64,000 bases of DNA, taken from NCBI GenBank assembly GCA_963826715.1, contig CAWGYA010000008.1, forward strand, positions 1,056,001 through 1,120,000, in the 5' to 3' direction. The notes under the pieces are model-generated. The model made no database searches and had not been told where the DNA came from. It worked only from the letters and a program-made list of their open reading frames with translations. Below, piece after piece: positions 39,919 to 49,818 of this stretch (the first letter of the stretch is position 1; each line of letters starts with the position of its first letter). The stretch comes from Candidatus Bathyarchaeota archaeon (GTDB lineage Archaea; Thermoproteota; Bathyarchaeia; Bathyarchaeales; Bathycorpusculaceae). A program made the translations under genes and the position numbers.

Positions 39919-40575
39919 CTAAGTTGCGTATTTTGTTAGGTCTGTGATTCCTGCCTCCCTAAAAGCCTTTTTGCGGTTCATGCAGGATTCGCATTTGCTA
40001 CAGTGCATTTCACCATCCAGATAGCATGACCAAGTCAACTCAAAAGGTACACCAAGCTTAGCGCCCTCGCTGAATAGTTCAGATTTATTGCTACCGCTAA
40101 ACGGTGCTTTGATAGTGATTTCTTTGCATGTGCCAAGTCGTGCGGCTTTTTCGAAGGCTTCGTAGAATTCGCGTCGGCAATCTGGGTAGAAGGGTTCATC
40201 GCTGCCTTGTGCTCCATAGAAGATTTTCTCTGCACCAATTGAAACAGCATAAGCCACTGCGGCAGAAAGGAATATGGCGTTGCGGAAGGGTACGATTATG
40301 GGGTCGCTGAACTCTGTGGTAAGAGGAATTTCACGGTTGACGAGGCTGGTGGAGCCACTAAAGATTTCTTTAAGCGCGGAGAGATCGATGATTTTGCTGA
40401 TTACACCAAGGGTTTCTGCGATTTTTTGGGCACAACCTGTTTCTTTGTGAGCTATTTGCCCGTAGTTGAATGTTATAGGGTAAATTTGGTAGCCCTGCTG
40501 CTTTGCCCAGTACGCTACTGTGGCAGAGTCTGGACCACCACTTAGTACAACAACACATTTCTTCGGTTCCATCAT
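39919..40575 (-). CDS. queC: 7-cyano-7-deazaguanine (preQ0) synthase
   Basis: SGGPDS, YGQ, VPFRN, YPDCR, TWSCY..CSKCESC. Confidence 0.95.
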   Translation of the reverse strand: MMEPKKCVVVLSGGPDSATVAYWAKQQGYQIYPITFNYGQIAHKETGCAQKIAETLGVISKIIDLSALKEIFSGSTSLVNREIPLTTEFSDPIIVPFRNAIFLSAAVAYAVSIGAEKIFYGAQGSDEPFYPDCRREFYEAFEKAARLGTCKEITIKAPFSGSNKSELFSEGAKLGVPFELTWSCYLDGEMHCSKCESCMNRKKAFREAGITDLTKYAT

Positions 40576-40591
40576 TTTCGTCTCCGTTTGA

Positions 40592-41092
40592 TTATCTTCC
40601 TATCCATTTTTGGATGCCTATCCTCTTGAGTATCTTAAACAGTGGCCAACCTATGAGTACGCTTGCTATGATGTTCCCGAGGGCTACATAAACCATTGTT
40701 GCAAGAAGTGGTAACCCTATTACATAAGAGAGCATCCACCCAACAGTTACACCTAACACTACTGAATAGGCGATGCAAGTTCCAATTACCGTGAAGTCAT
40801 TGTTGGTTTTTTTGTAAACAAAGTAGACTACAAACGCCATTACAAAGGATGGTATCGTGTTTAGTAGGTCGATTGGGCCAAGGGGCGAAAAAAGGTTGGC
40901 GACGATAACGCCCAGGGTGTGACCAAGAACTCCAGCTATACCCAACAGAGGGACTGCTGCAAGCAATGAATCTGCAATTCTGACTTGAAGGGGTCCATAA
41001 GATATTCCTGGAAGGAAAATTACTAGTGCTGCATAAAGCGCAGCATATATCGAGATTAAAGCTAAATCTTTAGTGCGTATTTTCAAATGCAT
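40592..41092 (-). CDS. queT: QueT family transporter (queuosine-precursor ECF S component-like)
   Basis: AALYAAL, ISYGPLQVRIAD, G..VANLFSP.G..D; five TM helices; ATG 41092 after GGGAG SD. Confidence 0.85.
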   Translation of the reverse strand: MHLKIRTKDLALISIYAALYAALVIFLPGISYGPLQVRIADSLLAAVPLLGIAGVLGHTLGVIVANLFSPLGPIDLLNTIPSFVMAFVVYFVYKKTNNDFTVIGTCIAYSVVLGVTVGWMLSYVIGLPLLATMVYVALGNIIASVLIGWPLFKILKRIGIQKWIGR

Positions 41093-41160
41093 TTTCTCCC
41101 TATTCCCGGGTTTTATTTTTTGTTGGCGGAACGGGTAGGAGAACCACTCACCCGCCAATC
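41093..41160 (-). promoter_or_regulatory. Candidate pseudoknot riboswitch in queT-queC 5' UTR
   Basis: 7-bp stem UUGGCGG/CCGCCAA, loop complementary to the SD region, A-rich linker, TATA-like box at 41184-41191. Confidence 0.6.
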
Positions 41161-41332
41161 TGCACCATAAAGTTCCATACATACCTAAAAACATTTGTCC
41201 AACGAAACCATGCCTACCTGGTGTCTCTGTGGTTTCGGCGAAATCTTTAATTAATTCCTTAGAAAGATTACATGTTGCATCTTCCTAGTGGATGGCATTC
41301 CGCACAAACGGAGTTTTAGGGAGCATAAAACT

Positions 41333-41977
41333 ATGTCGCAAAATAATGTAGCTAGCCAACTAGTCCTTAAAGGAACAACAACAATTGGCGTTGTCTGCAA
41401 AGATGGCGTAATATTAGCCTCAGATACCCGAGTAACCATGGGTTTCTATGTCGCTCACAAATTCGGCAAAAAAGTCTACAAGATCGATGACCACATAGGC
41501 ATGACTATAGCAGGCACAGTGGCCGATGCACAACGTGTGGTTGATATTCTTATTGCTAACGCGCAACTCTATAAAGTAAACCTCAACCGCCCAATCCCAA
41601 TTCCTGCAGCTGCACGGCTTGTTGCAAATCTGCTGTTCCAAAGTCGCTACATTCCATTGGCAACGCAGGTTCTTGTAGGCGGTATAGACGAAACTGGACC
41701 TCATGTTTTTAACCTCGACCCCTACGGCAGTTTAACCGAGGAGAAAATGGTTTCCACAGGTTCAGGCTCCCCAGTAGCTTATGGAGTCCTTGAAGACAAG
41801 TATCGTGAAGGAGTAAGTATAGCTGAAACCCTGCCGGTCATCGCTAGAGCCGTGAATGCCGCTATGAAGCGGGATGTGGCAAGCGGTAACAGCTACAACA
41901 TCATCGTGATTGATAGCAACGGCTACAAAGAGTTGAGTGAAGAAGAGAAAACTCAACTTCTCAAAGTAGGAAGTTAA
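41333..41977 (+). CDS. psmB: Proteasome beta subunit
   Basis: Propeptide ending LKG/TTT, AGTVADAQ, STGSGS. Confidence 0.95.
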   Translation: MSQNNVASQLVLKGTTTIGVVCKDGVILASDTRVTMGFYVAHKFGKKVYKIDDHIGMTIAGTVADAQRVVDILIANAQLYKVNLNRPIPIPAAARLVANLLFQSRYIPLATQVLVGGIDETGPHVFNLDPYGSLTEEKMVSTGSGSPVAYGVLEDKYREGVSIAETLPVIARAVNAAMKRDVASGNSYNIIVIDSNGYKELSEEEKTQLLKVGS

Positions 41978-41981
41978 GGTA

Positions 41982-43907
41982 GTGGCTCGAACACAAGAAA
42001 AAGACAAAGATAAGATTGAAATTAGCAAATATATTTTAGAAAAAGTTCCCCGCGAAGCAGAGGTTACCAGAATCGAATATGAAGGACCTATGCTTGCAGT
42101 CTATACTAAACGCCCCGAAATTTTAGTTGACCAATCTAGCGTTGTATCAGAAATAGTTGGCGTTATCCGCAAACGTATAGTCATACGTCCAGACCCCTCT
42201 GTTCGTATCCCTGAAGTAGAAGCTGAAAAAATCGCCCGAGAACTCATTACTGCTGAGGCTGAAATTACAGACATAAACTTTGACCCCAGCCTAGGCGAAA
42301 TCCTAATTGAAACAAAAAAACCTGGATTAGTCATTGGTAGAAATGGTGCAGTACTCCAGGAAATCATGCGCAAAACCAAATGGCGCCCACATGTTCTTCG
42401 CAGCCCCCCAATTAAATCTAAAATAATTACTCATATGCGGCACTACATGCACTCAGAAAGCAAAGAACGTGAACGAATTCTCCGAACGGTAGGTGAGCGA
42501 ATATTCAGACCTAAGACCTATGACGTCGGCGATATACGTATGACTGTTCTGGGTGGCGCTCAAGAAGTAGGGCGATCCGCATTTCTAGTAAAAACCCGCG
42601 AAAGCAGCGTACTGCTCGACTGTGGTATCCACCCGGGCTCAAACCGACCCTTTGAATCATTCCCACGTTTTGACTGCCCTGAATTCGAGATTGACTCACT
42701 TGATGCAGTAGTAATTAGCCACGCACATCTTGACCACTGCGGTCTAGTTCCATTTCTCTACAAATATGGATATGACGGACCAGTTTATTGCTCAGCTCCA
42801 ACCTCCAATCTCATGACTATGCTACAGCTTGACTACCTTGACGTAGCAAACAAACAGGGAGTTGCCCCGAACTACGACCAAAAGGACGTCCGTGAATGTG
42901 TATTACACACGATTCCTCTTCGTTACGGCGTAGTTACCGACATCGCTCCAGATATCCGCTTGACCCTTCATAATTCCGGTCACATTTTAGGTGGCGCCAT
43001 GGTGCACCTCCACATCGGTGAGGGCTTACATAACATAGTTTACACCAGCGACTACAAATTCGGCAGGACTATGCTTCTTGAAGCCGCGGCTACAGAGTTC
43101 CCTAGAATTGAAACCGTGATTACCGAAAGTACCTACAGTGGTCCCGACGACATCGTGCCCAGTCGTTTAGAAGCTGAAGAATCACTCACAAAAGCCATAA
43201 ACCAAACACTTGAGCGCAAAGGCAAAGTGCTCATCCCTGTGCCAGCCGTTGGGCGTGCACAAGAAATCATGCTTGTCATTGATGGTTACATGAAAAGAGG
43301 CATGATGAAAGAAGCCCCCGTTTTCATCGAAGGCATGATAAGCGAAGCCACAGCAATACATACTGCATACCCAGAATACCTTGGAAGAGAAGTGCGCCAT
43401 AGCATTCTACATGAGGAAGTTAATCCTTTCCAAAGCGATTACTTCACTATCGTTGACCACCCAAGCCACCGTAGTAGTATTATGGAGGGAGAACCCTGTA
43501 TAGTCTTAGCTACCAGCGGTATGCTTGAAGGAGGACCAGTCATTGAGTACTTCAAGAACTGGGCATCTGATGAACGTAACCAAATAATTTTTGTCAGTTA
43601 CCAAATCGAAGGAACTATGGGTAGACGTGTCCAAAAAGGCATAGGGGAAGTCACAATGATGGATAACGATGGCAAAATGGTTGCGCTCAGCGTTAAAATG
43701 GGTATAGAAACCATCGAGGGCTTTTCAGGACATAGCGACCGCCGTCAACTCGTAAACTACCTAACACATCTAAACCCAAAGCCCGAACGTATTTTCGTTG
43801 TCCACGGCGAAAAACAAAAAACACTCAACTTCGGTCACTTCTTAGACAACAAAGTCGGCATAAACACCGTAGTTCCAAGCACATTAGAAACCTTTAGGCT
43901 GTTGTAG
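41982..43907 (+). CDS. Beta-CASP ribonuclease aCPSF1 (FttA)
   Basis: N-terminal KH domains, SHAHLDH, GHILG, GRAQE, GFSGHSD, VHGE. Confidence 0.95.
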   Translation: MARTQEKDKDKIEISKYILEKVPREAEVTRIEYEGPMLAVYTKRPEILVDQSSVVSEIVGVIRKRIVIRPDPSVRIPEVEAEKIARELITAEAEITDINFDPSLGEILIETKKPGLVIGRNGAVLQEIMRKTKWRPHVLRSPPIKSKIITHMRHYMHSESKERERILRTVGERIFRPKTYDVGDIRMTVLGGAQEVGRSAFLVKTRESSVLLDCGIHPGSNRPFESFPRFDCPEFEIDSLDAVVISHAHLDHCGLVPFLYKYGYDGPVYCSAPTSNLMTMLQLDYLDVANKQGVAPNYDQKDVRECVLHTIPLRYGVVTDIAPDIRLTLHNSGHILGGAMVHLHIGEGLHNIVYTSDYKFGRTMLLEAAATEFPRIETVITESTYSGPDDIVPSRLEAEESLTKAINQTLERKGKVLIPVPAVGRAQEIMLVIDGYMKRGMMKEAPVFIEGMISEATAIHTAYPEYLGREVRHSILHEEVNPFQSDYFTIVDHPSHRSSIMEGEPCIVLATSGMLEGGPVIEYFKNWASDERNQIIFVSYQIEGTMGRRVQKGIGEVTMMDNDGKMVALSVKMGIETIEGFSGHSDRRQLVNYLTHLNPKPERIFVVHGEKQKTLNFGHFLDNKVGINTVVPSTLETFRLL

Positions 43908-44496
43908 GAAGAGGCTGGCTACTTGCAACTGGCGCTGGAGTTTTCTCCCGCCAAATTCTCACTGTTTTTGGGCAAATTACTACACGCTCTTCACCGAGGC
44001 GCGCAATGTCTCCTCCAACAGATTCAACGAACTGGAATAGCTCATTCACTGCGGTTTTAACATCTTCAATACTTTTTCCTGCAAGTGGTGTGACGCGAAG
44101 AATTATGATGTTCCCGTTTCTAACTTCTGATTCAACACTTGCCACGTCAGATAGATCTTTAAGCGGCATGGCCTTGAGGTAAGTTTTGCTGGATCCTTCT
44201 GATTTAGGTTGATTTGAGTTCGGTTTTTCAGATTTTTCTGCTGAAGTTTCCCGTGTAGAATCTTGAGCAACTTCGGGTTGAGGTAACTGTTCTGGTTCAG
44301 AGGCAATTTCTGGTGTTTTTTGGGTAGTTTCCTGCGGGTGTCCCTGTGTAGTTGATGGCTCTATTTTAGAGGCAGATTCTGTTGAGACTTCTTCAATAGG
44401 CTCTTCTTGTACCTCTGGCTTGCCTTCTTCCGGAGGAGCCACAGATGATTTTTCATGTTGAAGTTCTTTCTTTTTGTGGAATATTTTGAACGGCAA
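43894..44496 (-). CDS. sepF: Cell division protein SepF with long acidic linker
   Basis: EVRNGNIIIL..GGDIARLGEERVVICP. Confidence 0.85.
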   Translation of the reverse strand: MPFKIFHKKKELQHEKSSVAPPEEGKPEVQEEPIEEVSTESASKIEPSTTQGHPQETTQKTPEIASEPEQLPQPEVAQDSTRETSAEKSEKPNSNQPKSEGSSKTYLKAMPLKDLSDVASVESEVRNGNIIILRVTPLAGKSIEDVKTAVNELFQFVESVGGDIARLGEERVVICPKTVRIWREKTPAPVASSQPLPTTA

Positions 44497-44652
44497 TTTT
44501 TTCTCCTCGCAACCATCTATTTAGCGAACTGTGCAGTTAAGCGTTTCTTTATTTTCTATCTTCCGCTTACGTCTTTAGATTATTGCCACCGCAATATTTG
44601 ATTTGCGCTTTATTACACAACACAAAATTGCTGCAAAGACCCTTTAAATGTT

Positions 44653-45000
44653 TCATGAAAGCAGAACCACAAGGTTGTTGACTACTACCACAACCAAAAA
44701 CACAACCAGACCAGAGTAAACAGCTTTTATTCCAAAATTAGAGTACCGAAAGCCACGGGTGCTTTTATCCTGTGCTTGGTTGAGGACTTTTCGCGAAAGC
44801 ACATAAGTGCCAGCAATGCAGGCTGTTGCAGCAAGCTTTAACACCATAAAAACTGGCACATTGCGCACTATTCCTGAGAGAAAGGGATTGAGTTCTGCTG
44901 CTCCAAAATACATGGTGCCTATGACTGTGGTTATGCAATCTACTGTGCCCATCAATACAAGCAAGAGACTCGGAAACACATTTGACTTAGGGGTAAACAT
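44653..45000 (-). CDS. Small membrane protein (DUF5658-like)
   Basis: DCITTVIG..GAAELNP motif, three TM helices. Confidence 0.7.
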   Translation of the reverse strand: MFTPKSNVFPSLLLVLMGTVDCITTVIGTMYFGAAELNPFLSGIVRNVPVFMVLKLAATACIAGTYVLSRKVLNQAQDKSTRGFRYSNFGIKAVYSGLVVFLVVVVVNNLVVLLS

Positions 45001-45298
45001 TTGCCTTCTCCTTTCCTTTCTTAATTCCAATTGGCAATCTTTACTTAAGAACCAAATTGCGAAAATCGATATATTCCCAATAAAAACACAATAATATGAG
45101 TTCAAAAGGCATTTTAGCATCTCTTGGGTATTTCCAATTAGTTTATTTTTTTAGTTTCTGTTAAAAGGAATGTTAGAACGCAAAATTTCCATCCCTCTTT
45201 AATAATTGTAAATGGGCTTGTTATCGCAGAATGCATACATTTTATGCACATAAGCCTTATATTTTTAAAGTCAACCTTTCTGACTGAAGGCTTTACCT

Positions 45299-46369
45299 AT
45301 GCATAAAAGACTCTTGATTCCTGGTCCAACTGAAGTAAGTAAAGAAATTTTAAGTGAACAAACCCATTATCTTATAGGTCACAGAGAAAAAGCGTTCTCT
45401 GACCTCTATGGAGGAATTACAGATAAAATCGCTACTTTCTTCCAATTAACATCTGAATATAAGCCCACAGTCACCACTGGATCAGGCACATTATGGTTTG
45501 ATATTATCGGTCGAAGTATAGTTAAAGAAAAAGCTCTCGCCTGCGTTAATGGCGCCTTCTCCAAACGCTGCGCTCAAACTTTAACGTCATGCGGCAAAGA
45601 AACAGATATCTTAGAAGTGGAAATGGGTAAAGCCATCAAACCCGAAATGGTTGCTGAGAAACTCGCCTCCGGTAAATATGACACCCTAACGGTCTGCCAC
45701 AACGAAACCTCTACAGGTGTGCGTAGCCCAATTGCAGAAATTGGTAAAATGTTAAAAAAAGAGTACCCCGATATAATTTTCGCTGTAGATGCGGTTTCCT
45801 CAATGGCCGGTGACAAAACTTTGCCCTCGGAGATGAACTGTGACATCATTTTTGGTAGCACCCAGAAATGTTTTGCGCTTCCCCCAGGATTAGCTGTTGC
45901 ACTCGTTAGCGACCGCACAATTGAACGAGCAAAAACTGTTCCTAACCGCGGTGCCTATACCGATATAGTCGACATTTTTGAGTTCGAAAAAAAGCATCAA
46001 ACCCCATTTACCCCTAATATCTCACTACTTTATGCATTGAACAAACGTCTAGACCTGTTACTTGAGGAAACAATTGATGGCGTCTACCAAAGGCATCTCG
46101 ATATGGCAAACTACACACAGAATTGGGCAAAACAAAACTTCACTATGTTTCCCGAAGCAGGCTATGAATCCATCACTGTGAGTTGTATCAATAGTAATGG
46201 CAAAGATGTTAAAGCCCTCAATCAGGCACTCGCCGAACACGACTATTTGATTTCTGCAGGCTACGGAAATTTAAAAGACAAAACCTTCCGTATCGGTCAC
46301 ATGGGCGAATGGAATCTTGCAGGAATCAAAGAATTAATTTCCACAATAGACAACATTTGGGGATTGTAG
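45299..46369 (+). CDS. Class V PLP aminotransferase (serine-pyruvate / phosphoserine aminotransferase-like)
   Basis: LLIPGPT, HNETSTG, VDAVSS, STQKCFALPPG, FRIGHMG. Confidence 0.9.
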   Translation: MHKRLLIPGPTEVSKEILSEQTHYLIGHREKAFSDLYGGITDKIATFFQLTSEYKPTVTTGSGTLWFDIIGRSIVKEKALACVNGAFSKRCAQTLTSCGKETDILEVEMGKAIKPEMVAEKLASGKYDTLTVCHNETSTGVRSPIAEIGKMLKKEYPDIIFAVDAVSSMAGDKTLPSEMNCDIIFGSTQKCFALPPGLAVALVSDRTIERAKTVPNRGAYTDIVDIFEFEKKHQTPFTPNISLLYALNKRLDLLLEETIDGVYQRHLDMANYTQNWAKQNFTMFPEAGYESITVSCINSNGKDVKALNQALAEHDYLISAGYGNLKDKTFRIGHMGEWNLAGIKELISTIDNIWGL

Positions 46370-47271
46370 TGACAATAAAAATCCTCGTAAGCGACAAAAT
46401 CGCTGACGAAGGCATTAAAATGCTCCAAGAAAAGGGCTACCAACTAACATGTGGCTGGGATATACCCAAACCTGACCTCTCCAAAGTCATCGGCGAATAC
46501 GAAGTTCTTATAGTACGCAGTGCCACCAAAGTCAAAGGAGAACTGCTAGAAAATGCCAAGAACTTACGAGTTATAGGTAGAGCAGGTGAAGGCTTAGATA
46601 ACATAGATTATGAACGTGCAAAAACCTTAGGCATCAGCTTAGTTAATACCCCTCATGTTTCCTATGAAAGTGTTGCCGAACTCACATTTGGTCACATGAT
46701 TGCACTTGCTCGCAATATAGTTGAAGGAACCTTAACACTCCGCAATGGTAAATGGGAAAAACAGAAATTGATGGGTAACGAAATTAATGGAAAAACTCTG
46801 GGGATAATCGGTTGTGGCTATATAGGCAAAGATGTGGAAAGAATAGCATTGTCTTTTGGGATGAAAGTCATCGTGGTCGAAGAATGTGTTCATGATCGTT
46901 TTGTGCCACTATCAGAAATGCTCCCACAAGCAGACTTTATCACACTGCATGTGCCCCTGACATCAAAGACACGCCATCTAATCGGCGAAAAAGAATTCGC
47001 TATGATGAAAAAAGGCGTGCGCATTGTAGATTGCAGTCGGGGCGGAGTAATTGATCAACAAGCACTCTTCGATGCCCTGCTTTCAGGAAAGGTTGCAGGT
47101 GCTGCCTTGGATGTTTTTGAAGAGGAACCTCCAAAGAATAGCAAGCTCCTATCACTCCCAAATGTTATAGCGACTCCTCATATGGGTGCACAGACCTTTG
47201 AGGCTCAGCAGAGAGCAAGCATACAAATAGCAAACAATGTTATAGATGCGCTGGAAAAACTGAATCTATGA
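46369..47271 (+). CDS. D-2-hydroxyacid dehydrogenase (SerA-like, no ACT domain)
   Basis: VRSATKV, GRAGEGLDNID, LHVPLT, DVFEEEPP, TPHMGAQT; GTG start overlapping upstream stop. Confidence 0.88.
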   Translation: MTIKILVSDKIADEGIKMLQEKGYQLTCGWDIPKPDLSKVIGEYEVLIVRSATKVKGELLENAKNLRVIGRAGEGLDNIDYERAKTLGISLVNTPHVSYESVAELTFGHMIALARNIVEGTLTLRNGKWEKQKLMGNEINGKTLGIIGCGYIGKDVERIALSFGMKVIVVEECVHDRFVPLSEMLPQADFITLHVPLTSKTRHLIGEKEFAMMKKGVRIVDCSRGGVIDQQALFDALLSGKVAGAALDVFEEEPPKNSKLLSLPNVIATPHMGAQTFEAQQRASIQIANNVIDALEKLNL

Positions 47272-47283
47272 GTTGACCCTTGA

Positions 47284-48558
47284 TTGGTAGAAATTCGACC
47301 CTTTAAAGCCATAACCTACACACCTAAGGCTGGCGACCCAGCTGAGCTCATAACGCAGCCTTATGACAAAATCGACACTGTAACGCAACACGAATACTAT
47401 GCGCTTTCACCATACAATTTCTGTCGCCTCATTTTGCCGCTTGAAGCAGAAAAATATGAAGTAGCAAACCAGCGGATTGCTCAGTGGCTCAAAGAGGGTG
47501 TTATGGTAAAGGAGGCGCAGCCCGCCATTTTTATTTCCCGCCAAGAATTTACCTTAAACCGCAAAGCATACTCTCGCACAGGTATTATTGCAGCCCTTCG
47601 ACTCTACCACTATAATGAAAACATTGTATTTCCGCATGAACGTACATACAAAGCTCCCAAAACTGATCGCTTAAACATGCTACGTAAGGTCCAGAAGGAT
47701 TTGGAGCCCGTGTTTTTGATGTATCAGGATTCCGAGGAAAAATCCATGTCTTGGATGAAAAATGCTATGAAAAGTGCTCCCGGGATGCAGGTTACAGATT
47801 CGCTGGGCGTTAAGCATACAGTTTGGTGCATTTCTAGCCCTCAAGAAATAAGTGAGCTACAGGCAGTTTTAAAGACTAAATTTATGGTAATAACCGATGG
47901 TCACCACCGCTATGAGAGCGCCCTTGCCTACAGGGATGAAATGAGAGCAAAAACTGGCTGCATAGAAGACTGCGCGTTTAATTTCCACATGTGTTATATG
48001 GTTCCCTTGCAGGAAGGCTTGATTGTATTGCCCACACATCGTCTGCTAAAAAAATACAAGTTAACACCTGAACTTCTCCATGCATTTCTATTCTTCTTTG
48101 AACTCCATGAAATCCCGCCTACAGTTGAGGCTATCGAATTTTATCTTAAAAACCACCAAAACGAGCATGTATTCTGCGTCTACGATGGCACAAAAGCTTA
48201 CGGTTTGCAGCTAAAACATGACAAAGCAGTTTATGATTTTGTTAACAAAAATGTTTCCAAAGAAACAAAAATCTTCGATGTAGTTATCCTTCGTGACATA
48301 GTCTTTAAGTTCATTCTTAAAACAGGCGAACTCAACATCGACGAAAACATCATTTATATTCGCTGGACTAAAGCTGCAATAGAGACAGTAAATAGAGGCG
48401 AAGCCAGTATAGCATTCATGGTTAACCCTGTTCCAGCAAAAACCATAGCTGAGATAGCTGTACAACATGAGGTTCTGCCCGAGAAATCCACGGATTTCTA
48501 CCCTAAACTGGTTTCGGGGCTGGTTTTGATGGATGTTTCCGTGAATGAAAAATTGTAG
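47284..48558 (+). CDS. DUF1015 family protein
   Basis: IRPFKA, PYD, PHE, ITDGHHRY, PTHR, KSTDFYPKL. Confidence 0.9.
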   Translation: MVEIRPFKAITYTPKAGDPAELITQPYDKIDTVTQHEYYALSPYNFCRLILPLEAEKYEVANQRIAQWLKEGVMVKEAQPAIFISRQEFTLNRKAYSRTGIIAALRLYHYNENIVFPHERTYKAPKTDRLNMLRKVQKDLEPVFLMYQDSEEKSMSWMKNAMKSAPGMQVTDSLGVKHTVWCISSPQEISELQAVLKTKFMVITDGHHRYESALAYRDEMRAKTGCIEDCAFNFHMCYMVPLQEGLIVLPTHRLLKKYKLTPELLHAFLFFFELHEIPPTVEAIEFYLKNHQNEHVFCVYDGTKAYGLQLKHDKAVYDFVNKNVSKETKIFDVVILRDIVFKFILKTGELNIDENIIYIRWTKAAIETVNRGEASIAFMVNPVPAKTIAEIAVQHEVLPEKSTDFYPKLVSGLVLMDVSVNEKL

Positions 48559-48611
48559 TTATGAGTTTTGACTAACTTGAGGGAAAATTTTGTGGCAGAG
48601 GTTAAATGTCG

Positions 48612-48758
48612 TTATTTTACGAATTTAGTAGGTTGCCTCTTGAACCGTTTCTTGCAGACTAAACTGCAGAAATGGTATGTTTCGCTATCGTAGGATATTT
48701 TGAATTTTGCAGTGTTCTCGTCGAGAACTGCTCCGCATACAGGATCTCTGAATGACAT
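48612..48758 (-). CDS. YHS-domain small protein (48 aa, absent from ORF track)
   Basis: MSFRDPVCGAVLD...YHFCSLVCKKRFKRQPTKF. Confidence 0.85.
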   Translation of the reverse strand: MSFRDPVCGAVLDENTAKFKISYDSETYHFCSLVCKKRFKRQPTKFVK

Positions 48759-48989
48759 TAGTGGTCTTTAAGCCTCATTTCATCATTCTCGCTTCGCCTT
48801 ATTATGGTTAGTGGTATTTTCTGCTAGAATTTCTGGGAAATTTCGGTTGTTTCGTCAAAAAAAGGTTAATTTAAGTCTGTTTTGATAGGTTTAAACAGAC
48901 TTGGCTTCGAGACACCTGTTCCAATAATTTTTGATTTGCTAAATGGTGACATTGTTAAAGTCTGTCTAAATCTTTAGGGTTTTAAAGTT

Positions 48990-49262
48990 TCAGTCTTCTT
49001 CCGCATCTTCTTTGGCAAGTTCAACTGATATCGAGTCATTATGGTTTGTCGCGTTTTTACGGGTGGCTTTTTTATTTGGCGGTTCCTGTTCATGTCCCAT
49101 CATGAAGCCTTCTTCAGCAGCGGTTATCTCATCGTCTTCAAGCATCTCTTCTCTGGCGCCGGTGTTGTAGATATCGTCGGCTTCTTCTTCCTTCTCTTTT
49201 TCGTTTAGTGGTGGACCATTAAAGAAGTGTGGAGGGGCCTTTTTGGGTTTATTTTTACTCAT
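48990..49262 (-). CDS. Small acidic, probably disordered hypothetical protein
   Basis: DIYN..AREEMLEDDEITAAEEGFMMG core. Confidence 0.7.
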   Translation of the reverse strand: MSKNKPKKAPPHFFNGPPLNEKEKEEEADDIYNTGAREEMLEDDEITAAEEGFMMGHEQEPPNKKATRKNATNHNDSISVELAKEDAEED

Positions 49263-49818
49263 TATGTGTTGACCTCGACTTTAGCGTTTTAGCTCTTCTT
49301 TAACATAGTGTGACCGCGGCGGCTTTTAATACTTGTGATAGTGTCGTCACAGTCACAAAAGCAACAGCTGAGAGTTGGCTGAAAAGGAGAAAATTTTAAG
49401 ATTTGCAAGAAATCTGTCTAAAACCAACATTGCTTATTCAATCTACAGAGATTGTGGCCAAAACCGTGTGAAGAAACCGCTTAAACCTACACCCCAGGTC
49501 TGGATAACTAAATCAGAGGGTTTTCAACGGTGAAACTATCCGCTTACTGCTCTGATGGTGATTGCTTAATAGTGTTTTTGGTTTGTAAGCAAAATAATTG
49601 CGCTTAAGATAGCTTACGCTTTTCTTCCCAATTGGTTTACTTGGAAACTAAACAAGCTTTATTTTTACATTTTCGAAGCAAAACCCACCATTCCCCCTAA
49701 CTGTAACTCCCAAGCAATCCACGTTTTTTCCGGTGGAGTGCAGTTAACTTAAAGAACAAGCAACAAATATACTAACCACCTAAAAATCCAAAAACGGAGA
49801 AAGTGGTGAAAGCAGCAA

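Noticed and set aside
41093-41125. ykkC/guanidine-I riboswitch (AUAAAACCCGGGA resembles its 3' end)
   Set aside because: The pairing GGG strand of P3 and the P1 consensus are absent, and gene context points to deazaguanines.
41093-41194. N-terminal extension of QueT from ATG 41194
   Set aside because: QueT homology and SD point to ATG 41092; the upstream part is better explained as structured UTR.
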